Of a stretch of DNA of 32,000 nt, positions 20,176-30,057 are shown one piece after another. This DNA comes from Nitrosococcus oceani ATCC 19707 (GTDB lineage Bacteria > Pseudomonadota > Gammaproteobacteria > Nitrosococcales > Nitrosococcaceae): contig NC_007484.1 in assembly GCF_000012805.1 (NCBI RefSeq), positions 1 to 32,000 on the forward strand. Direction: 5' to 3'. Position 1 is the first letter of the stretch. Each line of letters begins with the position of its first letter. A program made the translations under genes and the position numbers. A model generated the notes under the pieces. The model had not been told where the DNA came from, made no database searches, and saw only the letters and a program-made list of their open reading frames with translations.

Positions 20176-21842
20176 AAGCTATTCCTCTCCCGGCAGGGAT
20201 GAACTTGGATATGACCTCGCCCGAAATAAGTCATTTCCTCATCGTTTATTTTAAAATTGCTAATCTTCATGGGAAGATAACGATCAAAGTAGCTGGAAAG
20301 CTCTTTTTCTATACTATTATCGAACTCCGGCCGGACTACATGGGTTGCGCCCCAAGTGACCTTGACGATTTCCCCGTTTCTAACGACGAGTTCCCCATCC
20401 TTAAAGACATAGTCGGGTTTAGAAAACATTTTTTCCTTGTCTTTTTGCTCCGTGTAGACGGTAATATCAGCGGCTGCCCCAATACCTAGATGCCCTCGGT
20501 CTGAAAGACCAAGCAGTTTAGCCGCTCCAGCCCGGGTCATGATAGCAATCTCATAAAGAGAATATTCCCGGGTAATAGTGCCTAAAGTACTGGCCTGGGC
20601 AGCCTCCGGATGGATAGTGGCTAACATATCATTACGGAAACTTCGGTCCATTAATAGCCGGATAAGATGAGGGTAAGAAACAAAAGGGGCACCATTAGGA
20701 TGATCAGTCGTAAGAAAAACCCGCCAGGGATCATCCACTAAAAGAAAGATCTCTAAGCCAATAGCCCACTGGAGAGCATTAACAAAATGCTTGTCTTGGT
20801 ACTTAAAAGGGACAATACCGCAGCCAGCGTCACATTCAATATCCATGAAGGCCCATTTCTTAGGATAAGCATGGGGATGGCTGGCATATTGCTGCATGGT
20901 GTCACTGGATACGGTTACCGTTTGCCCAAACAGAATTTGACCGACATCAACGGTAATATTCGGGTGTCTATTTACCGCTTCTGCAATTTGAGCTGCCCCT
21001 GATGAGAATTTCCGATCACCTTCAGCGCCGTAACTATGAAATTGAATATGGGCAAGATGCATAGGGAGGCCCGCGATCCCCTCAATAGTGCTTAAAGTGG
21101 TTTTTAGATTGCCTGGTACTCCCAAGTTACAGCCATGGACATGAATGGGGTGAGGAATATCCAATTCATGTACTGCACGTGCGAGGCGAAGCAATATTTG
21201 TCGTGGTGTAACCCCATAAAAGGGACCTGGTTCATCCAGATCGAGGCGGCGTTGATTGAATTTGAAGGCATTAATTCCACCTGGATTGACTACTTTGATA
21301 CCTAGACACTGGCTGGCTTTGAGAATCCAGGCCACGTAATTGTTAAAGGTTTTTTGATCCTTATTAGCTGCCAACATCCGTAACCCATAATCATCATTAC
21401 CCAATAAGGCATAGCCACCTTTGTCTACCAAGGGAGTATCCCCCATTTCCATGTGGGCTTGGCGGGCATTCATAGGTAATACGGCAGGTTCGAAGACCGC
21501 CGTATAACCCATTTCCGCATAACGATAACCGGTAGCGAAGGTGCTGGGAATCGCGCGGCCAGATCCTGCGCGTAATAGTTCAGTACGGGGTAATAAATTA
21601 GTGTGATGACCCTCCGGCAGCAATGTTCGGGCGATATTAACGTTACCTCCACCGATATGACTATGGATATCGATCGCTCCAGCCATGATAATTTTATTAT
21701 TTAAGGGATACTCTTGATCGATAGACATATCGCCGGGGGGGGGATTGATAATGCGGCCATCTCGGATATAAATATCACGAACTTCGCCATTAATCCCATG
21801 CATGGGATCATAAACGGTACCGCCGGTGAGTTTAATGAGCAT
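20172..21842 (-). CDS. fhcA: Formyltransferase/hydrolase complex subunit A (FwdA-like amidohydrolase)
   Basis: 556 aa. Amidohydrolase metal-binding HxH motif in AIDIHSHIGGG. Length and order relative to the B, D and C subunits match FwdA/FhcA. Confidence 0.9.
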   Translation of the reverse strand: MLIKLTGGTVYDPMHGINGEVRDIYIRDGRIINPPPGDMSIDQEYPLNNKIIMAGAIDIHSHIGGGNVNIARTLLPEGHHTNLLPRTELLRAGSGRAIPSTFATGYRYAEMGYTAVFEPAVLPMNARQAHMEMGDTPLVDKGGYALLGNDDYGLRMLAANKDQKTFNNYVAWILKASQCLGIKVVNPGGINAFKFNQRRLDLDEPGPFYGVTPRQILLRLARAVHELDIPHPIHVHGCNLGVPGNLKTTLSTIEGIAGLPMHLAHIQFHSYGAEGDRKFSSGAAQIAEAVNRHPNITVDVGQILFGQTVTVSSDTMQQYASHPHAYPKKWAFMDIECDAGCGIVPFKYQDKHFVNALQWAIGLEIFLLVDDPWRVFLTTDHPNGAPFVSYPHLIRLLMDRSFRNDMLATIHPEAAQASTLGTITREYSLYEIAIMTRAGAAKLLGLSDRGHLGIGAAADITVYTEQKDKEKMFSKPDYVFKDGELVVRNGEIVKVTWGATHVVRPEFDNSIEKELSSYFDRYLPMKISNFKINDEEMTYFGRGHIQVHPCRERNSF

Positions 21843-21856
21843 AATGGGCTAGGAGA

Positions 21857-23134
21857 TTAATAGCTGCGCTCGAGCATAGTATTAATAATTTTGGCAGTAC
21901 TGGGAAGCCCTGAGTCCCGTAACTTACGCAGTGGTACGGCGATCACATTGTCGGTACGATAGGTGTGCCCTGCATGGTCGATTCCCGGTGTACCTATGGG
22001 GATAAAAACCTCTGGCACCTGAGTGAAATTCATGCCAGCCCGTCCCAATACTACTGTAGGGATAGAAGTTATTGGTGGCGTATCATCTTGATCAAACGCA
22101 GAGATCCAAATCAAGGTATCTGTTTCCCCTGATTCGAGGAGGCGCTTAGTATTGTAGTGGTAAGGATCGTAGTCTGGGTAGCCTCGGGCAAAGCTAATGG
22201 GTACAGGATAACCTGTTTGCCAAGTGCAAACCTGATTAGCCGCGGCCTGGCCATTCCGCCCGCCTAGAGGAAGTCCTGAGCAACGGCTTGTTTTATTAAG
22301 TGCCATAATGATTTCATAGAGCATCTGGGTAGTAAGCTCGGCATGGGGAAAAGTCCATTGTTCTGCCGCCCAGGTAATCACGCCATATTGGGCTTGCTTT
22401 AATCTATTTGCTAAAGCGGCTATTTTTTCCATTGTAATTCCTGCCACCGATTCGGCTTGCAGGGGGCGGCCAGCGACCTGGGCCCGCAGCACAGCCACTA
22501 CTTCCGGAAGTTTTTCCTGCTTGCAGGGGATGATCAACGGAGCGTGACCATTCGGTCCGAAGGCTGCCTGCCCGCTGGGGGATTGGCCTAAATAGATAAT
22601 TTCCCGCTGAGCGGTATCTTGGCCAAAGAGTGTTTCCGGATTCCAGATATAGCGTTCAAAAAAGCGGGGGAAGCAAGGCTCAATATCGCTGCCCACCACT
22701 AGCAAGAGATCGACCCGGTTTCTCACCTCTCCAAGGGTGGTAGTTATCCAGCCACCGGCTTGGAGGGCCAACATGTTACGTAGGGTCGCTTCAGAGTCCA
22801 TATGATCGATTACCGCCCCGTAATAATCAGCAAGTGCTAATGCGGCCCGAACCCCCTCCACATCAGTGGCAAGGCCAGATATCAGGGGGAACCGCGATTG
22901 TCTAAGGAGTTTAACGGTCCGTGCGATCGCTGTCTCTAGGCGAGCTGTTTTACCTTGAATCTGGGGAGTGCTATCACCTATTTCCTGTTCAAAAGCGGGT
23001 TGGGTTACTGGGCAGCCGTTTTCTATGATTGTGAGGCGATTACCCTCTACTTTTACCTTAAGATCATCAGCTGCAATACCGCAAAAAGGACTTGGAACTT
23101 CCTCCCAGATTCCCGTTTGGGTATGGTAGAACAT
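21857..23134 (-). CDS. fhcB: Formyltransferase/hydrolase complex subunit B (FwdB-like, cofactor-less type)
   Basis: 425 aa, collinear with FwdB (PSPFCGIAADDLKVKVEGN against VCPFCGTLCDDIICKVEGN). Only one of the three N-terminal cluster cysteines is retained. First gene of the operon. Confidence 0.85.
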   Translation of the reverse strand: MFYHTQTGIWEEVPSPFCGIAADDLKVKVEGNRLTIIENGCPVTQPAFEQEIGDSTPQIQGKTARLETAIARTVKLLRQSRFPLISGLATDVEGVRAALALADYYGAVIDHMDSEATLRNMLALQAGGWITTTLGEVRNRVDLLLVVGSDIEPCFPRFFERYIWNPETLFGQDTAQREIIYLGQSPSGQAAFGPNGHAPLIIPCKQEKLPEVVAVLRAQVAGRPLQAESVAGITMEKIAALANRLKQAQYGVITWAAEQWTFPHAELTTQMLYEIIMALNKTSRCSGLPLGGRNGQAAANQVCTWQTGYPVPISFARGYPDYDPYHYNTKRLLESGETDTLIWISAFDQDDTPPITSIPTVVLGRAGMNFTQVPEVFIPIGTPGIDHAGHTYRTDNVIAVPLRKLRDSGLPSTAKIINTMLERSY

Positions 23135-23321
23135 GATTTTTTTCAGCAGTATCTGAGATGCCTTTGGGATTTTATCATGGCCGATTAAATTCAGTATGGA
23201 TTATTTCTTTCCCTTTTTTAGTCATGAATGCCTCCCTTGGAATAAGTTGATAGCATAGCCTAAGGAACCGATTTAAGAGTTACGCAATCGGAAGGAAATT
23301 TCGGTTACCTGTTTTTATCGA

Positions 23322-23927
23322 TTAGGATTTAACTTTAAATAGTTGACATTCTATTTGGTTCTCGCGCAACTGTTGACGGATCTGCTGAAGTTTAGCGAGA
23401 TTAGTGCTCGGACCAACTCGAACTCGGTGCCAAGTTTTACTGTTATCAATGGTTACGGTTTGAATGGCGGCTTCCACGCCCATCAGAGCCAAGTCAGCCT
23501 TACGTTTATCAGCTTGGGAATAACTGCGGAATGAGCCTGCCTGTATCACATAAGCTTCCGGGGATAGTGATTTGGATGGCGATGGTTGGGGTTTTGGGGT
23601 AAGTTCGGCTGACTCTTTGGGCGGAAGCTTCGGCTGCTGGTGGGAAGGCGGCAACTTAGGTTCCGATACCGCCGCCTCCATTTCCGGGAGCAAGGTATAG
23701 AATTCGAAATGGGGTGGCGGCTGCTCTGTACTAACCGTTTCCTTTGCTTGGGCGTTATTCTGGATTATTGGGTGGTTATTCCCATTTTTCTCCGCCCAAA
23801 AAAACCGGTCCTGAAGCATGGGCAGAAGGACTATCGAAGCGCCGATCAGCAATCCGGCAATAAGCCATGGCCAAGGCTTTGGCGTTTGGTGTGGAGAAAT
23901 ATACTGTCTACGTTTATGAGGGGGCAT
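23322..23927 (-). CDS. SPOR-domain protein (FtsN-like septal peptidoglycan-binding protein)
   Basis: 201 aa. One N-terminal transmembrane helix (WPWLIAGLLIGASIVLLPML) and a Pro/Gln-rich linker. C-terminal SPOR-like domain (YVIQAGSFRSYSQADKRKADLALMGVEAAIQ...WHRVRVGP). Sits immediately after argS, as in pseudomonads. Confidence 0.8.
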   Translation of the reverse strand: MPPHKRRQYISPHQTPKPWPWLIAGLLIGASIVLLPMLQDRFFWAEKNGNNHPIIQNNAQAKETVSTEQPPPHFEFYTLLPEMEAAVSEPKLPPSHQQPKLPPKESAELTPKPQPSPSKSLSPEAYVIQAGSFRSYSQADKRKADLALMGVEAAIQTVTIDNSKTWHRVRVGPSTNLAKLQQIRQQLRENQIECQLFKVKS

Positions 23928-23930
23928 GGA

Positions 23931-25688
23931 TTACATGGACTCCGGTGCCGAGACACCTAGTAAGGTTAGGCCATTTTTTATCACTTGCCGGGTCGCCGCA
24001 ATTAGTGCCAGCCGGGCATCCCGCAGTTCAGGAATATCTACAAGAAAAGTATGGGCATTATAATAGGTATGAAAATCCCTAGCTAAATCCAGAAGGTAAT
24101 AGGCTAATAGGTGAGGCGCACTTTGGATAGCAGCACTTTCAACAACTTCTGAATAGCAAGATAAGCGATCTAGGAGCGTAACTTCATGGGCTTCATTGAG
24201 TTTTCCCAAGTGTTCTCTGCCTTGTTCAGAGTTCCAAACAAATTCCCGTGTTTTAAGCTGGCGGAAAACGCTACAAATACGGGCGTGAGCGTATTGTACG
24301 TAATAAACCGGGTTTTCGTTGCTTTGGGATTTGGCCAATTCCAAATCAAAATCCATATGTTGCTCAGCGCCGCGCATGACGTAAAAAAAGCGGGCTGCGT
24401 CTTTCCCTACCTCTTGACACAATTCCCGTAAAGTCACGAATTCCCCGCTGCGTGTGGACATTTGTATTTTTTCTTTGCCTCGATAAAGAATCGCAAATTG
24501 GACTAGCTGGATATCGAGTTGTTGGAGATCGGCGCCAAGTGCTTGGAGGGAAGCTTTGATCCGCGGTATGTAGCCATGGTGATCAGCACCCCAAATGTCA
24601 ATTATTTTATGATAGCCCTGTTCCAATTTACTTAAGTGGTAGGCGATATCCGAGGCGAAATAAGTGGGTTGGCCATTTTCCCGTATGACAACCCGATCCT
24701 TTTCATCGCCAAAATTAGTAGCATAAAACCACCAGGCGCCGGCTTTTTGGTAAAGATGACCCGCAGCCTTGAGCCGCTCTATTGCTATTTCTATCGCGCC
24801 CATCTCAGTGAGGTGGCGTTCGGAAAACCATGCGTCGTAGGTGACGCCAAATTTAGCCAAATCCTCACGGATACCTGCCAAAATCGTATTAAGCGCTTGC
24901 TCAAAAACCTTTTGATAACTATTTTTTCCCAGTAGGTTTTTTATCTTTTGAATAAGCGCGTCAAGGTATTTCTCTCGATCTCCGGTTGGAGCATCTGCTG
25001 GTAGTCCGGCCAGAATTTCTGTTGCCGAATGATGGGGAAGATCTTCTTCTCCGGCCTTAAGAGACCGGGCAATATTCCGAACGTACTCCCCTTGATAACC
25101 ATTACTGGGAAAGGGCAGAGTTTCGCCACATAGCTCTAAGTACCGCAACCAGACACTAACGGCAAGAATGTCCATTTGGCGCCCGGCATCGTTGACATAG
25201 TACTCGCGGTGAACTTGGTAGCCTACAGCAGTCAGTAGGCGGGCTAGAGCATCGCCATAAGCAGCCCCCCGACCATGGCCTACGTGGAGAGGCCCGGTGG
25301 GATTGGCAGAGACGAATTCTAAGTGCACTGTTTTTCCGTGCCCTGTTCGGCATCTGCCAAAGGATTCTTTTTGCTCTAGCACCTGGGAAACGACTGCCTG
25401 AAAGGCAGGCAAAGCTAGAGTAAAATTAATAAAACCGGGGCCAGCGATATCAACTTTTTTCACCCAAGGATGCTCTGGCAAGCGAGCAACGATAAGATCG
25501 GCTAGCTTCTGCGGTTTTTGTCGGGCTTCCTTGGCTAGCACCATGGAAATATTGCTGGCAAAATCCCCATGGCTTTTATCCCGGGTTCGCTGGACTTGGA
25601 TTTTATCTTTATTCCAACTGGACAGTATCCCCTCTTGCTGCAAAGAGGAGAGGGCGTCGGCAATAAGGTTCCAGAGGTGTTCTTTCAA
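23931..25688 (-). CDS. argS: Arginine--tRNA ligase
   Basis: 585 aa. Class I HIGH motif ([14 protein letters not shown]) and KMSKS-equivalent (IQMSTRSG). C-terminal anticodon-binding DALR region. Confidence 0.97.
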
Positions 25689-25793
25689 GATGAAGGTCTT
25701 TTTTTAGTGATTGTCTTTTCGAAAAATATGAAATTCTAACCTGCCCGTTACTGAACGAAAAGAGGCTAGTTTGTGCTGCTTATTTTTAACAGT

Positions 25794-28004
25794 CTACATG
25801 AGATCGATAGGGTCCACATCTAATGACCATCGTACCTTCCGTGCTGCTTGGAGACGTTCTAGCGTGGGTATCCATGTGGTCAATAATCGTTGCAGCGGAG
25901 CACGAGCGCTTCCCTGGAGTAAAAGCTGGGCGCGGTAGCGGCCGGCTCGGCGCTCCATGGGAGCAGGCACGGGTCCTAGCAAGGTCACGCCATGGAGATT
26001 ATGCGCCGTAGCCATGCTCCGCGCCATTTCAAGGAATTTCATGGGAGAGTCAGGGGATACAGCCCTGGCACGAAGTAGAGCGAGGTAACCATAGGGAGGA
26101 AAGCCAATTTGGCGGCGTTCTTCCAAGAGTATCTCGGCTACGTGCCGATACCCATGGCCTACTAGCGCCGTTAGTAAGGGATGCTCAGGGTGATGCGTTT
26201 GGATCAATACTTCGCCAGGCTTATTACCCCGGCCAGTCCGTCCTATTACCTGGAGAATAAGCTGAGACATATGCTCCCCAGCCCGAAAATCACTGCCAAA
26301 CAGACCTTGGTCGGCGTCCAGAATTCCCGCCAAAGTGATATTGGGGTAGTGGTGCCCTTTTGCTAACATCTGAGTTCCAATCAGGAGACGGTATTTTCCA
26401 TTATGGATACCATCGAGCATTTTATTCAAGGTGCCTGCCCGACGGGTGGTATCCCTGTCGACACGCGCAATCTCAATCTCTGGAAAAAAATGCTTGAGGC
26501 CTGCTTCCACCTGTTCTGTACCTAATCCCCGGGGACGCAAAAGAAGATTTCTACACTGAGGGCAGGAGGTGGGCAGGGAGCCTTCTGCCCCACAGTGGTG
26601 GCAACGTAATCGGTTAGTATGTTGATGAACAGTCATGTAAGCGTCACAGCGGTGGCAAGGCACGGCAAAGCCACATTCATGACAGATTAAAGTGGGAGCG
26701 AAACCACGCCGGTTAAGAAATAGCAGAGCCTGATTTCCCTGTCCTAAGTGATACCTCAATGCTGCAAGCAGAGGAGGAGAAAGTCCAAACTCTAACGGAC
26801 GTGAACGGACGTCAAGTAGCTGAATTCGCGGTGTTTGTGCTGCCCCTGCCCGTTGTAATAATTGTAATAAATGGTAGCGTTGCCGCTTGACATTATCGAG
26901 ACTTTCCAAGGAGGGCGTTGCACTGCCTAATATAATGGGTATTTTGGTTTGGTATGCTCGCATGATGGCGAGATCCCGGGCATGGTAGTGAAATCCTTCC
27001 TGTTGTTTAAAGGAAGAATCGTGCTCTTCATCAATAATAATTATTCCAAGCCGCGGGAGAGGGGCCCATATTGCTGAACGAGTACCGATAACCACTGGAG
27101 TTTTGCCCTCGTAAGCAGCAAGCCAGGCGGCTAAACGCTCTCGGTCACTGAGGGCGGAATGCAAAACTGTGATAGGAGTTTGAAGATAGCGGTGAAAGCG
27201 TTCCACCATTTGGGGAGTCAATCCGATCTCTGGAATGAGTACTAGAGCCTGCCGGCTTTTAGCAATGATCTCTTCGATGGCCCGTAGATAGACTTCTGTT
27301 TTACCGCTGCCTGTCACGCCTTCCAGTAAGAAAGGCCGAAATTTCTGCTGAGATGCGAGAATAGTGGTAACAGCCGCTTTCTGAGCGTCATTGAGTGGAT
27401 GTCTAAGATGCTCTTTGGAAGGGGGGATGCTCTTGTAGATAGGTTTCTCTTGAGAATACACCCAACCCTTAGCGATTAGACTACGAAGGCTGCTCTGATA
27501 GGTACCCAATTGGGCCTTGATTTGGGATGAAGTTAAGCCCTCTGGGTGATAGCGTAATAATTCCACAAGCTGCTGTTGCCGGGGTGCGCGGCTAAGAATC
27601 GTCGCATCTGTGGTGCAGTCTTTAGAGCTTAAAAGCCATTGCCGATAGATAGGAGAGGTGGCGGGCTTTCCTTGGCGTAGAAGTTGGGGTAAAGCAGAAA
27701 AAAAGACTTCTCCAGGGGAGTGGTGGTAATAACTAGCGGCCCAAGTAAGAAGCTGGAGCAGAGAGTTGGGAACGACGGGGGTTTTGTCCAGGCAGTATTG
27801 AGCTCGTCTCAATTTGCTGGTTTCGATCTCGCTTTGAGATGCGATTGTTACTAAGATACCGATCAGGGTGCGTCTGCCAAAAGGAACTTGTAAACGTATA
27901 CCTGGTTGCAATTGTTGGTACGGAGTTTTAGCTGGCGGGAGATAATCAAAGTAGCGTCGCAGGGGGGAAGGAATAGCTAAACGCAGGATAGGAGGTACTG
28001 CCAT
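25794..28004 (-). CDS. priA: Primosomal protein N' (replication restart helicase PriA)
   Basis: 736 aa. Walker A LLEGVTGSGKTEVY and DEAH-type box IIIDEEHD. Cysteine-rich zinc region CHECGFAVPCHRCDAYMTVH....LRCHHCG......CPQC. Confidence 0.95.
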   Translation of the reverse strand: MAVPPILRLAIPSPLRRYFDYLPPAKTPYQQLQPGIRLQVPFGRRTLIGILVTIASQSEIETSKLRRAQYCLDKTPVVPNSLLQLLTWAASYYHHSPGEVFFSALPQLLRQGKPATSPIYRQWLLSSKDCTTDATILSRAPRQQQLVELLRYHPEGLTSSQIKAQLGTYQSSLRSLIAKGWVYSQEKPIYKSIPPSKEHLRHPLNDAQKAAVTTILASQQKFRPFLLEGVTGSGKTEVYLRAIEEIIAKSRQALVLIPEIGLTPQMVERFHRYLQTPITVLHSALSDRERLAAWLAAYEGKTPVVIGTRSAIWAPLPRLGIIIIDEEHDSSFKQQEGFHYHARDLAIMRAYQTKIPIILGSATPSLESLDNVKRQRYHLLQLLQRAGAAQTPRIQLLDVRSRPLEFGLSPPLLAALRYHLGQGNQALLFLNRRGFAPTLICHECGFAVPCHRCDAYMTVHQHTNRLRCHHCGAEGSLPTSCPQCRNLLLRPRGLGTEQVEAGLKHFFPEIEIARVDRDTTRRAGTLNKMLDGIHNGKYRLLIGTQMLAKGHHYPNITLAGILDADQGLFGSDFRAGEHMSQLILQVIGRTGRGNKPGEVLIQTHHPEHPLLTALVGHGYRHVAEILLEERRQIGFPPYGYLALLRARAVSPDSPMKFLEMARSMATAHNLHGVTLLGPVPAPMERRAGRYRAQLLLQGSARAPLQRLLTTWIPTLERLQAARKVRWSLDVDPIDLM

Positions 28005-28109
28005 TAGGTTATTGCGGCGGGATTGTCCCGCTTGATTATTATATGCTAAAAGAAATTTAAGTGCGGAGTGAACATTGAGAGGGCCACCGTGAATTTTATA
28101 GGCCGTATT

Positions 28110-28664
28110 TTATGCCGGACGTTGCAAAGTTTCCTCAACTTCGTTGCGGGTTCCTCCGCCAACTAGAAGTTCAATCAAAGTCAGAGCAAAATCCATTGCC
28201 GTTCCTGGCCCTTTTGAAGTAACGACGCAACCGTCTACCACGACTGCTTGATCTTCCAAGGTGGTGGTGGGCAGGTCAAGTTTGTCAAGGAAACCCGGGT
28301 AACCCGTTGCGCGTTTGCTAGCAAGCAGTCCCGTACTCGCAAGTACGGTAGGGGCAGCGCAGATAGCTGCCGTAATCTTTCCGCGTTCTGCAGTACGCTT
28401 TAATAAAGCGCGAATGCGACGATCCCCATTGAGATTATCAGCCCCCGGCTGACCCCCTGGTAATACTACCATGTCAAATTCTTGTTGAAATACTTTATCT
28501 AAGGAGGTGTCAGGGAGCAAGCGGGTGCCACGGCTAGCCGTTACCACCTGTTCATCAAGACCCGCCGTGACCACCTGTATTCCCCCACGCCTAAGCAAAT
28601 CAATGAGTGTGACCGCTTCAAGCTCTTCACAACCTTGAGCCAAGGGAATAAGTACCTTAACCAC
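28110..28664 (-). CDS. DJ-1/PfpI family protein (YajL/ThiJ-like)
   Basis: 184 aa. Nucleophile-elbow cysteine in ITAAICAAP and an N-terminal VLIPLAQGCEELE motif. The GTG start at 28664 is preceded by AAGGAG at good spacing. Confidence 0.85.
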   Translation of the reverse strand: MVKVLIPLAQGCEELEAVTLIDLLRRGGIQVVTAGLDEQVVTASRGTRLLPDTSLDKVFQQEFDMVVLPGGQPGADNLNGDRRIRALLKRTAERGKITAAICAAPTVLASTGLLASKRATGYPGFLDKLDLPTTTLEDQAVVVDGCVVTSKGPGTAMDFALTLIELLVGGGTRNEVEETLQRPA

Positions 28665-28737
28665 CGAATGGTCTCCTTTTTTTATCCATAGAAGGTTTTA
28701 CGGAACTTCCCTGTTTTTCAGCTCCAGTCGCCTTAAC

Positions 28738-30057
28738 TTATCGGTATTGCTGGCTTGCCGCTATGCTTAATCCCTTGAGTAAATTTAAGGCTTCATACAA
28801 AGGATAGTCTTCCGTGGCGAGAGAAGTTTTCTTAACTTTTTCTGTGCTTTCTTTTTTCTCTTCTGCTTTACGTCCATTGCTAAGGTGTCGGGAAAGATTC
28901 GCTTCTCTGACCGGGTTAATATCGGAGAGAGCAGAGGCTGAAACTTTCACGCTTTCAAGCTCAATATCCGGGATAATCCCTTCGGCTTGGATAGAGCGAC
29001 CCGATGGAGTGTAATAGCGGGCAGTAGTGAGTTTCAAAGCGGTATTTTCCGTAAGGGGTAAAATGGTTTGCACCGATCCTTTACCAAAGGTACGTGAGCC
29101 TACCACTATTGCTCGGTGGTGATCTTGAAGAGCTCCCGAAACAATCTCAGAAGCAGAGGCTGAGCCTCCATTTACTAAAATTACTATAGGCGACCCTTTC
29201 AGGGCATCACCAGAGGTAGCCCGAAATTTCTGCTTCGATTCCAGATCCCTGCCCTCTGTATAGACAATGATACCTTTTTCCAAAAAGGCATCGGAGACTT
29301 CTATTGCGGCACTGAGAACGCCTCCTGGATTGTTACGTAAGTCTAGAACTAGACCTTTAAGTTTTCCACCGTTTTCCTTTTTTAATTTTTCAATAGCTTT
29401 TTGCAGATTAGATGCCGTTTCGGTTTGGAACTGACTAATACGGAGATAACCATAGCCCTCTTCTAAGGTCCTATTTTTAACGCTTTTAACTTTGATGATG
29501 GCGCGGGTGATGGTAAATTTTAAGGGTTGCTCTTCACCCTCTCGGATAATGGTCAAGAGAATATCTGTGCCTGGTTTACCTCGCATTCGCTGTACCGCGT
29601 CACTAAGGCTCATACCCTTTACCGGTGTATCATCAATACGGACAATAAGATCTCCAGCGTTGATGCCCGCCTTCTGGGCAGGGGTATCATCGATAGGAGC
29701 AACCACGCGGACAAAGCCATCTTCCATGCCAACTTCGATACCAAGCCCTCCGAATTCACCAGAAGTTCCAATGCGTAATTCCTTGTAAGCTTCAGGATCG
29801 AGGTAAGCGGAATGGGGGTCTAAGCCGGTCAGCATACCGCGAATAGAATCTTCAATCAGCGTTTTATCGTCTACAATTTCAACGTAACTACGCTTAATTT
29901 GCCCAAATACTTCTGAAAAGGCCCGTAGCTCCTCCAGGGGTAAAGCTTCGGGTCTATTTTCCGAGCGTTCGGCTAGGACCATTGGCCCAAAAACCAAGCT
30001 TACACCCAGAACAAGTCCCAAAGTTATTATTAGTAAATCACGTTTTGAGAAAGGCAT
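28738..30057 (-). CDS. ctpA: Carboxy-terminal processing protease (S41 peptidase with PDZ domain)
   Basis: 439 aa. N-terminal signal/anchor helix and a PDZ region (GIEVGMEDGFVRVVAPIDDTPAQKAGINAGDLIVRIDD). Catalytic Ser in NGGSASASEI and catalytic Lys in RTFGKGSVQ. Confidence 0.9.
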   Translation of the reverse strand: MPFSKRDLLIITLGLVLGVSLVFGPMVLAERSENRPEALPLEELRAFSEVFGQIKRSYVEIVDDKTLIEDSIRGMLTGLDPHSAYLDPEAYKELRIGTSGEFGGLGIEVGMEDGFVRVVAPIDDTPAQKAGINAGDLIVRIDDTPVKGMSLSDAVQRMRGKPGTDILLTIIREGEEQPLKFTITRAIIKVKSVKNRTLEEGYGYLRISQFQTETASNLQKAIEKLKKENGGKLKGLVLDLRNNPGGVLSAAIEVSDAFLEKGIIVYTEGRDLESKQKFRATSGDALKGSPIVILVNGGSASASEIVSGALQDHHRAIVVGSRTFGKGSVQTILPLTENTALKLTTARYYTPSGRSIQAEGIIPDIELESVKVSASALSDINPVREANLSRHLSNGRKAEEKKESTEKVKKTSLATEDYPLYEALNLLKGLSIAASQQYR

